Assembly: GCA_051294905.1 (NCBI GenBank)
Contig: CM119374.1
Coordinates: 14,136,001 to 14,200,000, forward strand
Source of the DNA: Botryllus schlosseri
Lineage: Eukaryota
Length of the DNA: 64,000 bases
Reading direction: 5' to 3'
Positions 1 through 13,915 of the stretch are shown here, piece after piece. The first letter of the stretch is position 1, and every line of letters begins with the position of its first letter. The translations under genes and the position numbers were made by a program. The notes beneath the pieces are model-generated. The model was not told the DNA's origin and searched no databases. It saw only the letters and a program-made list of their open reading frames with translations.

Positions 1-554
1 CTAAGCATCACAGAAATCCTAAATGACATTGACATATTTCGGATCAGGAGTGTGATTTCAGATTGGCCACTCCAGTTTTGATTATTTCAGTGATGCAACG
101 ATTCGCGCGCGTCTTAGGTAAATTCGTTCTCTGTATACGTAGAATTAGGATATTTATATTTATCTACACACTATGGAAGCGTGTTTGAAGCTAACATGGT
201 TATGATGCTGTCAGCATTGTGTGTCCTGGAACTGAACCAAAAGTGGAATTAGTAAATCTATGAACGCTCACAGATTTAAATTTCAATCCTGTTCTAAGAT
301 CAGGACAGCCGACTTTCATGTTTATAGCTTTGACAAATTGGTTATCGGGGTCGATCAGCCTATGAAATCTCGCCACTGTTTCTGGCGCGTGTCAATATCA
401 TCAAAGCAATGTCTGGTTTGCTTTAAGCATATATATTATCTCCTTGTCCTCACTATATAATCAAATACCAACATTGCGTTTTGGTTTATAATTCCAATTT
501 TACATAGTGCGGCCCGCGACTGGATTCAGATGTTGAATGCGGCCCGCGAGCTCA

Positions 555-698
<144 letters not shown>

Positions 699-1306
699 CT
701 AAATTTTCAATTATTATACTGAGAATTTTCAGCGCTGTAGAGTTTTCACTATTTTTAACATTGCACCGCGAGTGTGATCATGATGTCACAATTTCGACAT
801 GACGTCACTTCCTCAATACATAATTATTTGGGTGGCGTTACAGCTTAGCTATGAAATCAATAACTCAATACATCGTAATCACTTGATGACGATATAAAAT
901 CACACAGCCTACTTAAAACGTCAAACTATACATTTTTTAATGCACATTAAAAATAGATATACTATCATGATTATGATGCCATAGTTTGGTTGTGATTGTG
1001 AGGTCATTTCCTGGTCATATTTGGCATGCATCATATTTTAATACACATTTCTACAAGTATGTAACACAGGATTTCGTGAACTTTCAGAAAGAAAAATTTG
1101 ACGTACCGTAATTCAAGATAAGAGACGGACACTGTTCAACGCATAGTCGTCAAATCGACCAAAATATTTACGCGCAACCAGAACGCTATTGATCTAATTC
1201 GAATCAATATCCGTAGAACAAAAAATGACGCATACAAAAACATTCAGATATAAAAATTTCATCGAGTATCCTTTGTAGCAGGTTTTTTCGTAATTTAGCA
1301 GCCTAC

Positions 1307-4300
1307 CTTGATAAAGAAACTACATATCTCCTCCGAGGGCTGGTCTTCCTCCAGTATCGGCGCCACAGTCTTAAAAAAGAAAGCATTAATCCCAGACTTA
1401 ACACAGGTAACGTAAACAGTATAAATAAACCGCTATCACCAGCAGCAACTCTCCGACAGCCTAATTTTAGCGCACTTGACCGAAAGAGTAACAAACACAA
1501 AATAAGCTCCGAAATAGCAACAATCACGCGTGGATAGCCCAAAAATGCAATGTTTTCGGTTTCAAAATTATGTGCTGTGACACGAACCTTTGATTTCGTG
1601 AATGAAAAAAGCAATAATGGAGAATAGCAACTGAAAGCGAGATTCTATCTTGAATAATGAGGAAAGTAAATTACAATGGTATAATAATACAACTTATACT
1701 TGCAGAGTGTACCAGTAAAAAGTGAATAGCGCATCTACATTACATTGCAGTAAACCATCTATCCATAATTAAAAAACTCAGCTCGTTTTCCTTACCATTA
1801 TCAACGCCTCGGTAAATTTCGGAGTCATGTCGTCTTTTTTCTGAAGAAACAATCAGATCTGACTCATGCGTAAAGGTGTTTTTGCATAACAAAGAAATTA
1901 CCTGATTTAGTAAATTCCCGACGATATCCAGCAACGTCGGAATCGTGAAATCCACGTACAGAGGCGAGTCCAACGTAAGTTTGATAAGATCCTGAAACAG
2001 GCCCTCGGAACATAATTATTAAAGCAGGACTGATTTCAGAGGAAGCCAGGGTAAATCAAGGCCCCTAAAACACGCGTACAACGCCACACAGCACACTTGA
2101 GTGCGTGTTGCATAGCTCAGAAGTCAAGAGTTAAATATATTCAGAAGATGGTCGTTTAAAAGTCAAATTCCCACATTGCTATCACATTAGCGACTTCAAA
2201 ATTCTTCTACGGACTTAAAAAGCTATTTACGTTTACTAGGAACGAGTTCAAATGGTCAACCGTTGTCTGTAACAAAACACGGTGTCGATTTCAAATGATC
2301 AGACAAAGAATTTGGGGATCAAAAACATCGTGTTCGGAACGTAATAATGGACCAATAATGACGTTCTAGATACAAAAACGAAGCCTAAATACATTCCAAA
2401 CACCAATTTTCTACTATTAACCCAACAACTCCGTGTACTTTACATAAACGACAAAGTACAAGAACACAATCCCAGCAAAACGTGACAGCAGAATATATGA
2501 ATGACCCAAGAATTACAATCAGGAGAGATTATTGTCCACTTTCACTTGTTAGAAAACTTCGAAATCACAATGATATCAGTAACAATAAGCAGACTAAAAT
2601 TTACGTCGGCTGTTAGCTGGAAAACGTTGGTTGATTTAGAGTGGAATATCTCCTAAAGATTCTCGTACCTGCAAAAGCGACAGGGTAGCGTCGGGATCGT
2701 GCGTTGCGTTCAAATCTTTTTCATATTTCCTCACGTCAATCTGTGAAAATATAGAAAACACGCTGGCCAACTCGAACCAAGACGCCGGCGGGTTTTCGGA
2801 ATTCATATCATCTCAAATTTGCTCTGCAACTCATTCACCTCTAGAGCTATCCGCAGACATGAACAGATTACTGCGTTTTCAAAATGCGCAACTAGAACAA
2901 CTCGGTTTTCAACATTCGCATCCAGAGTTACAACTAGAACTACTAACTTATCAATACTCGAAGCTAGAACTAGAACTGACTACATTGATGCTGTCAAAGG
3001 CCTACTAGATCTAGATAAGAAGTGGTAGACTTCATTTCAAAATAGTTTTCAAGGAGTTTAAAAATCACATTCCTGCTGCTGCCAACCAATATATCAGATT
3101 CAAGATTATACTCTGTCTTCATATACAGGCAGGGGGCATATTAACTTGTTTTCTGAAACATGCAATTCCACAAAAAATAACAATGGTGCAAGCAAGTTTT
3201 TGAGCAAACCGTTCAAGTGTTCGGAAAATATTGAATTGCTTCGAAACCGGCAACATCTGTTTGCAGCCAAAATCAGCTGCAGCTCACCAAGGCTATATCA
3301 ATTCCCATAAACCGATTCGCGACTATATTTAGAATGAGATGATCCGATTGAGATAAATGACGAGATAAGCTACCATCGCTTCGAGCGTATTAAAAATGGA
3401 TGGGCGTGAATACGTAGAGATGCACTCACATAGCTCTGTGTGATTAACAAGGCCGTGATTTGTCAGATAAAGCATCACGCCTGAAGTATATGCTCTGCAT
3501 TACCGATCACTACATCAGCATGAAATATTCATAGTTTCGCGGGATATCTCGACGGAAAACTGCAGATTTTCAACAATAATGAATCCCACATTACATACCT
3601 TCCACTGTACAGAATGCAAGATCCTATCCCTTTGGTACGTATCTGGTGCCTGTGCATGGAAGAAGAACAGATAACAGTGATTCCTCAAATTAATTCATTG
3701 AATCATGATTAGTCCCTGGTGTAAAACTATGGATCACTAGCCTAAGCACCTAAATTTAATATCATTGGACTTAAATCGAAAGCTAGTGTCGCACTGATTT
3801 CGTAAATATCAATTGAACTGTTGTCAGGGCAATGCACCAACCCCAAAACAACCTTCAAAGTCTGAAAATCGGCATTTTTCCAACAATGGCCCCGCCGCAA
3901 CACAATGAGCATAACAATGGTCAATTTCATCAAGCAACGGTTCGGAACAATGCCGATTTTCAGACTTTGAGGGTTGTTTCGTGGTTGTCCCATTTCCCTG
4001 ACAAGATTTTAATTTGTATTGTCGGAATCACTTCGACACTAGCTTCTGATTAAGACCAGTTTTATCAAATTTCAGCTATCGGGTCACAGGCTATAGCACT
4101 ACCAATTATACTGCTTTTAGATTGCTCAGCGATAAGAGAGACCGCTTGCCCGAGTGTAACGACGGGTTTTGCGGGAGTTGCGTATCTATCCGTAGGTTAG
4201 TAATCTATAATCAAACAATAATTTTGTGTCATGTGCCAAGCAACAGTGCTTCTTATATATAGGATCATGTACAATATGTCTTTAATGATTAGGCATCAGC

Positions 4301-7300
4301 AATTTTCGAATCTTGAACATTCTTCGACCTCCGTACTCAAATAATGTAGTATTTCGTGACACAGGGAATTTCTCACATCAAGAGTCAGTTTTTAATTAGT
4401 ATTTTTGCCATCCATTGGCATTGCCTTTGCAAAATGTGATGACTAACATCACATCACGTAGTATGGCGATAATCGGGTGCCGGATGTAAGTTTATATACT
4501 ATGCAGAAAAAGAGCACACCTGGATCAAGTACGTCAAATCACCAACTCCCAGTTTGATGTAACTGAACGGCAAATGAGGTACGACAGTTGCCGACCAAAC
4601 GCTGATGTCAACATATTGGATTGGTTCGGAAAAGGCTCCGATTTCCTAGATAACAAGTATTGAAGAATAAGAATGCTAGAATAAACTGAATTAAGCAGAA
4701 AAATATTGTGCAGGTACATTTGTACAACAACAGGCCTAATGATAAAGCACTAGAATTTGACAATGACATAATAATAACTCATCAGAGTAGAATCTATAGC
4801 CTAAGATGCATCAATGATTATGCACAAGTCACGAAACAGAGACTAATAATAATCGAATGCAATCACACGGGCACAATCTATGCATTATTGATACTGTTAT
4901 GAAAATTTCACAACAGAAGGCCATGATACACTCCAGCCTAGAATAATCAATGAAACGTCGAAGGTAGGATGATTTTAGCCCAGTTAAATATGATTGACTA
5001 TACATTTTCAAGACGATCTAATCTATATTATATCAGTACGCTTCAAAAATAGCAGGAAATCGTAAACAGTAAATATTTTCAATGGATAATCTGAATAATT
5101 GATTATTGGCAGGCAAATAGCTTGATGTCTCTAGACTATGTTTTCGTCACCCTTAGTGAAATGAAAAACATAACACCATCTTCAGAGCAGATGTTCTTAT
5201 TGAGAAATTCAATATTTTTTTCAGTTCTTCAGAAAAGAAGGCATAACTACAGACCAGAGGTGCTGGGAATGTGCCCCAGTAGCAATATCTACGAAAAAAT
5301 GATGCCATTTCATTTGTACCAGTGGAATGGTTGAGATTATCATGACAGATGGATATAATAGCCTGTGCATCCGCAGGCCGCAGCATCTCATTCACAAATA
5401 AGCAGAATTGAAAAAAATCACAGTTCCTTGTAGCTACATTAGTCTACATATCACGTTATAGCCAAGGGAAAATAGTTAATCTGTCAAAAAACAATGAAAT
5501 CATTCACTTTCTACTTCTATGGAAGCTTCAAAAGAACTCCACTTAACTATTCCGAGTACATCAGGATTCAACACAACTAAGAGTTCGTAACTCTAATCAT
5601 GGTCGGACAAAATAGAGCAAGCGTGTGACTCGACGTTATCTAACAAACATTAAAGAATCTGGAAAAGATTAATGGTCATATCTTGAATCGATCAAATTTT
5701 CAGATTTAGGCAGTAGCCACAGCCACGGTTCCGCTCATTTATTAATTCATAATTGTGAGAGCAACAACATAAAAATCCAAATGTTTACAAAGAATTCTGT
5801 CAAATCCTAAATCTCCCGAGACACTCGGTTTCACGTCTTGTGGGAATGCAGGCTTCCTTCCATCACCACACAACATCCAATTATGTGCCCTCAAGTAACC
5901 TACCAAGCATAGGATATGCAGTTGACACATCTGTAGATTATTCATACCTTGAACTTTCAAGTTCGGGCAGAGATTGCGCACCATACTATTGAAATTTCGA
6001 AGTGAAATTATATGGGGATTATATATCCCACAGCTATTTTATCATATGGTCCCAGACTAATACAGGTAATCTATTTATTTAGAGAAGCGTTCTAAATTGC
6101 CTAGTGGTGACCTCAAGGAGCAATTTTCAATTCACCATGGCGCTGCAAGAATACACAACACATATTGCAGCACGCAAACCGTTCTGGTTCAGTCTTGTTT
6201 GTTCTAGACTACATCTTACAGATCAAACTTCCTGGTATTGGTTACGAATTGATTGAGCTTAACGAATAAAATGAGAGGCTTCCACTGAGGAGCTCTGCCG
6301 GCATTGTCAAAAAATACAAATGATGGTAGACAATTTGTGTTGATAGCAAATCCAATTTACATCAACTGGAAGGCTATGTTGCAGGCATAGATTGAATATA
6401 ACGTAATGAGCAAGGAGATATCATTTCATATTGTGTTGAATAATATTGTCCTTATGTCTTTCCATGTGTATTGCACAAATTGACAAAATATTTGGAGATT
6501 TTTATGAAAGTGAGTATATTACGCGTGGTGCAGTGACACAGTGCACTGTTTAGTTATGGTAAAAGCTTATGGTGTGTGAAAATTGCAACATTACGGAGGT
6601 AAATGATTGATTGATTTCCACACTTTCCTCGTTGCAGTCCATATATACTTGTTCAATTTATACAACAACTGTATCCCGCTAGCTATATTATTTCACAATT
6701 CCCATTGTGGGCACAATCATAAATAAAATATGTGTATCAATACCGGTCGTGATCAATGCGCCATGACAAATTAACGTCAGTAATATTGCTATCGATTCGT
6801 GTCGTCGCAAACAAATCGTACAACAATAAAGGACGCACATCAAAAATTCACAATAAATCAATGGCGAGCGATCAAAACATACCAAATGCGAACGGATATC
6901 TTTGTCACCGAGAGTGACATTGTGCGTTTCCCAGTTCCACGGGAACCTCGAATTGCTGAAAAGACGTTCCCATGGATTGCGAGAATCGTTATTCAGGCAA
7001 TGGATACGTATGGTCATTTCTGACATGAATTTATACTTGGTGGATGGCCTCAGTTCCTCTTCCGAACATGATTTTGCTGAAATGACAACATCCACATATC
7101 AATTCGTGAACGTAACAAGCTTTTCAATTTGAGCAAACACAAGCAAGATTCGTAAAAATAACAGGTTTCATGAAAAATTGTAAAAATAAAATGAACACAA
7201 AATTCAGAGCTTTCATTCCTGTTGACCGTATGCTTTGTAGACATTAATCTGCCCAATATTTTTGCACTAATATGTCCTCCTTGGCCTACAATCACAGTTC

Positions 7301-8191
7301 AGCAAGGAGGGGGCTCGGGGCTGCAATAAATAAACTGCACATCAGACGAATACAGTCACACAGTGACAGGACTATGACTGATGCCTCGCAGCTAGCCATT
7401 ACATATAAAACAACATCATTGGCACCATCGCAAATCATGATTTGGCAACAGCTGACCAGTAAATCTAGTCACTGGCTTTTGACTGCACTTTGGTTTAGCG
7501 TTAAAATGCATCAGCGCTGCAAACTTATCATTAATAAACCATCAAATGAACCCTGTAGTATGCATCTCAGTTTAGAATTTATTGTAGAACAAAATTAGAG
7601 GCACCATGTCAAACCACTAACCCGCATAATCACATAAAATTCAAGAACATCCAAAGAATTTAGTCACAAATTTACAGGAACACGAGCGTGCCTCATTTTA
7701 TATTAAACTAGGAGTAGTAGCCAACTTAGTACGGTGCATGATTCTAAAAGCAGGTACACAAGGGTACAACATACAACCTTTATTCTCATCTATAGTCCAT
7801 AATTCAGCGGGTGAACCCATCTTTCACACTTCGTAACGACGAGGAAATGCTCAGAGCCTCACAACACCTGATACTGAAACGCCAGCTCTCATAGAAATGT
7901 CGCATTACTCGCATTATAAAGCGGGCTAACCTCATGCATAATCATGAGCAACACAACGTAGACAGTGACATCACAGGATGGATTTTGAATGCTTTCAATT
8001 TCCTGATCGTGTAACGATTATTTTTACATCGTTTGATACCCGGGAACGCAAAAATCGTCACACTTACCACTTGCACTTTGTATTCTAGCTCTGGTGCTCT
8101 GAAACCTTTTTCTTCCCTTGTTTACAAAAAAGCGTTCTTTCAGGCTCGAGCTCCGTCGGTGGGAGAAACCCTTGCTGTCTTTTTTCGGCAT
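1307..8191 (-). CDS. CMIP: c-Maf-inducing protein homolog (PH domain + helical region), 5' part; 3' exons lie beyond window start
   Basis: Eight phase-consistent GT-AG exons: 8191-8068, 7076-6883, 4645-4520, 3649-3599, 2740-2669, 1991-1902, 1840-1796, 1369-1307. Translation includes KYKFMSEMTIRI...WETHNVTLGD, LIQAPDTYQRDRILHSVQWK, DLIKLTLDSPL and TVAPILEEDQPSEEICSFFIK. These match recalled vertebrate CMIP RYKLLQEGDIQV...[41 protein letters not shown] and [21 protein letters not shown]. The first exon is supported only by phase and splice signals. Confidence 0.85.
3821..4004. repeat. Imperfect inverted repeat (~62-bp arms, ~58-bp spacer) in a CMIP intron; MITE-like or hairpin
   Basis: TTGTCAGGGCAATG...CAAAGTCTGAAAATCGGCATT (3821-) is the reverse complement of AATGCCGATTTTCAGACTTTG...CCCTGACAA (-4004), with about 9 mismatches; no TSD seen. 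Confidence 0.75.
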
Positions 8192-9099
8192 GGCTGAGGA
8201 ATATGCGTAAGACTACGAGTCTGTAACGGTGAATTACGCCTAGCCTACATACTATGCTCTGTCAACATTTCTGAAATGTAAAGTTACATTGATGCATGTG
8301 CAATTGTGCATGTGCTGCTAAACAGCTACGTAGAGGCATTCAATGGCAAAGCTTCCATGCATCCGCCGATTGCGGTGATGGCATCACACAGTTTTAATGC
8401 ACCGTGAAGTGACTAACTTTTATGCACCGTTGGCTGAGCAGTTGTTGATCAAAATAGGCGTACTTCAAATGCGCAATTTGCAGCATAGTTTAAATTCATT
8501 ACAAAACATCACAGAATGTTACACTGTGAAACAACTTGGTGAAATGCAACCTTATCCTACGTCTACAATACCCTGACCACCTGCTTTATCTTTTGGATAA
8601 ATTGCATAGGTGTAGCTAACAGAACGTAACGGACTTGTGGAATGACAAATTTACTACACAAACAGCGTTATCAGGAACGAATATATATCAACTTCAAATA
8701 GTCTGTAGGCTACTCAAATCATGGCTGAACTCTGCTTGTAATAATTGGTTTGATTTTCAGACTACATCCCCAATTAAAACGTCAAGCAGGTTTATATACT
8801 AGATACCTAACTCTCGTATTTTAAACCAATTCCTTTTCCAATTCTCAAATTTTATCAAGTAGAAACAAGTTTAGCAATGGATTTAAATCTCTTGTACCGC
8901 TCAAATCAAAAACACACCACAGATGAACAAATTCCATAGATCAGAATCATGGACATTGTCAAATTGTACTTGCTAAGGCATTATTGGTCATTCTGCTCTG
9001 CACTCTTCATAGCGTGATGCATGTCAAAATGTTGCCAGGGGAAATTATTAATAACATTATCAGATAAATGTCCCACCTACAGCTCAACTTATTAACTTA

Positions 9100-10220
9100 C
9101 CTTTGACTTTTCCCTACTAGATTTCAAAGCGACTGTATCTGAAGTACTAAAAAGTCTTTAAAGAGTTATTCAGTGAATGTGCTGGATTCCATATCGCACA
9201 TGTACCATTATAATAATTGAAGTTGAATCAAGTTAATTAAAGAAAGTGTCACGTCTTTGCTTGGTACAGTGACAATAAGCTCCACAATCCACATTGACTT
9301 CTATAACAATGCATTGGTTCAATTTCAATTAGATCGGCGCCTACAAACCATAAAGAGGGAAGCTTGCAAACAGACATTGGAGAAATGATGCTACATCCGT
9401 TACGCACATCAGGCAAACCGCGGTATTATTTGTCAGCAAGTGTATTTGTCCTCTGCTATGTAACATAACCACGCAATTTCTCTAGCTAACAGCCTGATAT
9501 CGCATTCATTTGACGTCATTGCAGTAGTTCCGAACACGATCTCGTCTCGCCAAAATTTCTAAACCGCTATCACTTCCAGCACACTCTAGCTCATATATCA
9601 CATAATATCGGATTTCATTCGATTTTTATATCATACGCGCTATTGCCAGCCGCGAAAATGGCTGGAAATAGCCCCGTGTATCTGTTCGGCGGACTTCACG
9701 CTGCGGTGAACTAATTCTTACGAATTCTCGGCGTGCAGTAGGTTGGCATCTGTATTCTATGTTAACTTAAATTGCAAGGATGATGCGACGAATAAACGGC
9801 GCGGGAAACAAAGACAACACAGGAATTAGAGTTTCGGAAGACAGCCAGCAACGAAGTACTTTCGTCGAGTGTGACGTCATAACATGAGCAATCCTTACAA
9901 GTAATCGTGTTGATAGCGCGACGAAGAAAAACGCCGGAAACTAACTCGCACTAAAGCGTGGAACACGAGCAAACGCGCTGGTCATAACTCATAACCGCGA
10001 AAATGTATCATTTCCGCATCGTATGTCAAAACACTGATGGTGGTTTCCGTTGAACACGGGCTGAGTCGACACCGACGTGACCAAAATGTAACATCGCTAA
10101 TCGCGCGCTTCCGGTCAAGCTAGTGCGCGCCGCGTTTTATGCGTTAAAATACCACGCAGAGATGTGAAAAATAGATTATGGTCAGTCGGGGCCTAAGTTA
10201 TCGTAGGCCCGGATCAGCTT
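9100..10220 (-). promoter_or_regulatory. Possible non-coding 5' exon and CpG-rich promoter region of CMIP
   Basis: Canonical minus-strand donor AAG|GTAAGT near 9100; CpG-rich stretch ~9500-10200 with TGACGTCA at 9511 and 9872; acceptor CAG directly before the CMIP ccATG. Inference only. Confidence 0.3.
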
Positions 10221-10449
10221 TTCCGAATTACATTAGAATTAGAATAACTGAATTCGCAAATGTATAAGGCAAAGGCAAGTATATGCAAAGGTAGACCTGA
10301 TACGCAAATGTAAATTCCAGCGCAAGTCGCAGCCAAATTTTAAAATAGGTAACTGTGACGCAACACTGATGCAAAACTGTGGCTACCTGGCGTTGGAATA
10401 ATCTCAAACTACGATGACTCGATTTTGAATGACAATGCTTCAACAACAT

Positions 10450-11230
10450 ACTTTGAATATGATTTCACTTTCAATCAATGCAGAACTCTATCACTTTCAA
10501 TACGCACTGGCAACGGCAGGGCTTACATTTCTACAACGCGAATCAATTGCTGCGACGCACGCCAGAAGTTGAATGGCCGTTGCAAATTAAAACGGCACTC
10601 ACAACTCACGAAATACCATGTCTCTACGTCAACCACTGCCATGACTGCTTGTTACAGCGCTGAATGAAAGCAGGCTTGGAAGCATGCGTTAAATCCGCGA
10701 CGCGATGCTACCAAGACAAACCCGGCAAGCTTGGCCACAAGGAAGTGAATATAATTATAAGAGGAAGCGTTGACAGTTTGAACCTGACCGATTTCCACAC
10801 AGTATTTTGGCCGGCCTCTATCAACCACAAAAACCCGTTGCTATTTCCGAAACGGGATAACTGCAGTTTCTGAAGGTCGAGATATCACTTTAAATTTTAC
10901 ATAGTATACTATGAAAGCCTTACAACAGTATTACCCACGCTATCTAATATTGACGGCTCCGCAACTTCAAATTAAACTACGCAAATGAAAGCGATAGCGA
11001 TAGACGTAATTCGTGTGCTTATAGAGTAGCCATAGCCTTTCACCAACGAAGATGGACACTGGACACCAGCTACGATCGTTGAACGCCACATCCTGTTTAC
11101 AATTAGCGAGATAGTGATCGAGAAATTCATGGCAAAACATCGTGCACAAGTAGACTTTAAATGCACCAGTGTGCGACGCAATCGAAACCTCGCAGTTTCC
11201 CCGCGCGAAAGTCTAATATAGCGCGCGTAA
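10450..11230 (+). mobile_element. Degraded Ty3/gypsy pol relic (RT-RNase H linker, RNase H, integrase C-terminus)
   Basis: Frameshifted fragments NQLLRR..VEW..IKTALT, LLQ.*.KAGLEAC, FH.QYFGRP..NHK.PL and GHWTPATIVE...RRNR resemble recalled gypsy motifs (LNQLLRK.W.W..IK.LT; LQCDAS.GLGA; FHQY.FGR..TDHKPL; W.PA.V...RRNR). Confidence 0.5.
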
Positions 11231-11617
11231 ATGGATATAAGAAACGTAGCTAGACAAATAACGGCGTCAATTTCCGTATTATCTAGGTCCAGTTTTGGGT
11301 GATTGTGCTGGTATAACGCTGCGGTTGTCAGTCGTTTATAATGTTGCGACAGCCGGAACGGGTGAATGAATTGTCGCGCTACCACGAAAAGTAGCTACAC
11401 CTGGCTATAACTATAACACGCGGAAGGATATATTTAGATTCACCTAGTTTAATTGTCATGCAGTGTTACGCCATTCTGGTCGGAGCGAAACTTGTTCTTT
11501 ATACATATGACCGTCACATGTGACGTCATAGTAGTCTTTCTGTCATTGGGGTTATTCAAATTATTTTTCCAAATTTTAAAATCTCAGTAAATGACCAATC
11601 GACCAATCGCTAAATAG

Positions 11618-12618
11618 TAGGGATGGTGTGAACTTGAGGTTCACGTTCGCGTTCTGTATGTGAACCTCGGAAATTTAGAGGTTCGTGTTCACAACAGAAC
11701 CTTGGTAGGTTCTGCACTGTGAACCTTTTTCATATATTACAATTTTCACTTCATTATGACATTTTTGGTTCTAATTTATTGCATTTCAACTGCGGGACAC
11801 TCCATGCACGACGCTGGCAGCATAAAAAATCAACACAAAACGAGCATGGACCTTGACAATCTCAGAGATTCTACTTGCTTTATTACAAAAGTTTGCTTGA
11901 AATATCCAGCTTTCCGTTTGTGAATATTCAGTGACTCTCTGCTGTGAGCTTGAACCGCAATCACGCAACATCACGAGCGACATGCAGTACACGTAGTCAG
12001 CGAATGATGCTTATTCAACCAATCAATGCGATTGATATCGTGTTTTTCATGTAACAAATCTAGCAGGCGTACGGGGTCAATCCTGACTTCATATGTTTAC
12101 TGTATCATTAAAACCAAATCCGTGCGATTCGAGGTGTTGGCTACAGCTGTATAACTTGTGACGTAGCCTAATATCGGTAGCAAGTATAGAAACCTGTTTT
12201 ACACTCTGTTCAATATCAATTTAGCAATACTCAGATGCCAAATACATTGTCCAGTCTGGCCAAGACCGTTGAGGCGTAAGCTTATATTCCCTGGCAACTC
12301 CTCGTCGAAATTGTTGGCAAAGCGACGGATGATATTGATTTTTTGGGAGTATTATATAATTTGATTGCCTCAGTTGATACATTTAGCGACGTTTCAAACG
12401 CCAATATGTACTTCAGCATTGTGTCATTATGTGGCCCGGGTCGTCGCTAGGTATCGTGTACATTAAGATAGGCTATCACGTCATTGAAATGTAGGGTTGT
12501 AATTAGCAATATGACGTCACGTGACGTCATGAGGTTCACGTTCGCGTTCACACAGAACCTTTCAAAAAGGTTCGCGTTCACACGAACCTGAACCTTTCAG
12601 AGGTTCACACCATCCCTA
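11618..12618. mobile_element. Non-autonomous hAT element (~1.0 kb)
   Basis: Perfect TIR TAGGGATGGTGTGAAC / GTTCACACCATCCCTA; 8-bp TSD CTAAATAG at 11610-11617 and 12619-12626; subterminal GAACC/GGTTC repeat clusters at both ends. Confidence 0.9.
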
Positions 12619-13915
12619 CTAAATAGGAGATTCTTTTTGAAGATTCCTCACTCAAACTTGTCACAATGACAGGAAACAGTCGCAGGATTACGACCACTTG
12701 CTTCACCGCAAAATTTGAATACAGAACACTGAAAATGATCATTATATCAAGTTACTCCTCCTTCTCGTACAACTAATGCTTCAAATAGCGTCATACTGAT
12801 TCAGCGTTACTTGAAACCGGTGGACATCTGACCGCCGTAATCTATAAATCCAGCCGAAGAAATCAATATCGGTAAGAATTCAACAAGTACCGAGATAACC
12901 GACGCCTTTAGCATAATCCGTCTATCCCAAAGGATTTACTACAGCAACGAAAGTCCACCTTTTAAGCCAAATCAAAACACAATCTTGATGAAATACGACA
13001 CGGGATACGCGTTGCGGCGAGGCGAAATATTCCTCACGGCAAGACCACTATGTCTGGAGGCTACCCTGTTCTATAATTATTTAGCGCACAAAATGTGTCA
13101 CGCAAACGTCATTGCAATCTCGATTAAGGCTAATTACGGACCGACGCGAGATGATTTCAATGATACGACATGCTATAATATGAAGATGATCTTTTCTAAA
13201 CCGTGTCCTTTGCGAGTAGAGGGCATTTATCTGAGTAGAAATAACATTCTGCCTGTATGTCGGGGGATAGCTGCAATTAGCCGAAGCAGCGGCGTAGCGT
13301 CACTGCATAGCGGAAGGAATCCACTATCCTCCAAATATAGAAAGGCATTTTGCAGCTCGTATGACAGTTATGAATCGCATTCACAAGCCTGACGTCGCCG
13401 AAGAGCGCTGAGCGCGTCTATCGTGATCAGAATTTGCGAAATCCGAGCTATGGACTGCCCGTTTTAGCAGTCATTGAGGAAATCCACGCGGAAACAGATA
13501 GTTCCCATTACCCAACGCCAAAAATCATTACATTACGCTGGATTACGGTGTTAATGAAGCCAAGTCATGGATAAGGCTGTGCAAAATCGAGTGCCCGAGT
13601 TCGAGTGATACGATTCTGAATCAAATAGCAGATTTCGAGTCGAATTGAGTATTCGTTACTACGTCACAATAGTATGCATCATGTCCATAGTTTACATATG
13701 TTCGTTCATACAACCACAAATAATATAATGCCATGTAGTTCTAGATCCGGTAAAGATTATTCGGTATTTCGCGACCATAACTATTCCGGTGCACGTTGTG
13801 ACAATGTCGTGGGCTGCTCACTAACGTGCCGGCGTACCTTTTTACTACGTTCGTTTGCTGCGATACAACAAATTCGGGTTTACATCATTCTACAATGGAA
13901 AAAGAGTGTCTAAAC

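Noticed and set aside
3250-3480. Apparent two-exon minus-strand peptide GVMLYLTNHGLVNHTELFANRFMGIDIAL with good splice signals inside CMIP
   Set aside because: Its phase does not fit the preceding exon, and CMIP homology is already continuous from 3599 to 2740. It may be a rare alternative exon but is unsupported.
12985-13392. 135-aa plus-strand ORF
   Set aside because: No recognisable domain or splice context; likely decayed repeat sequence.
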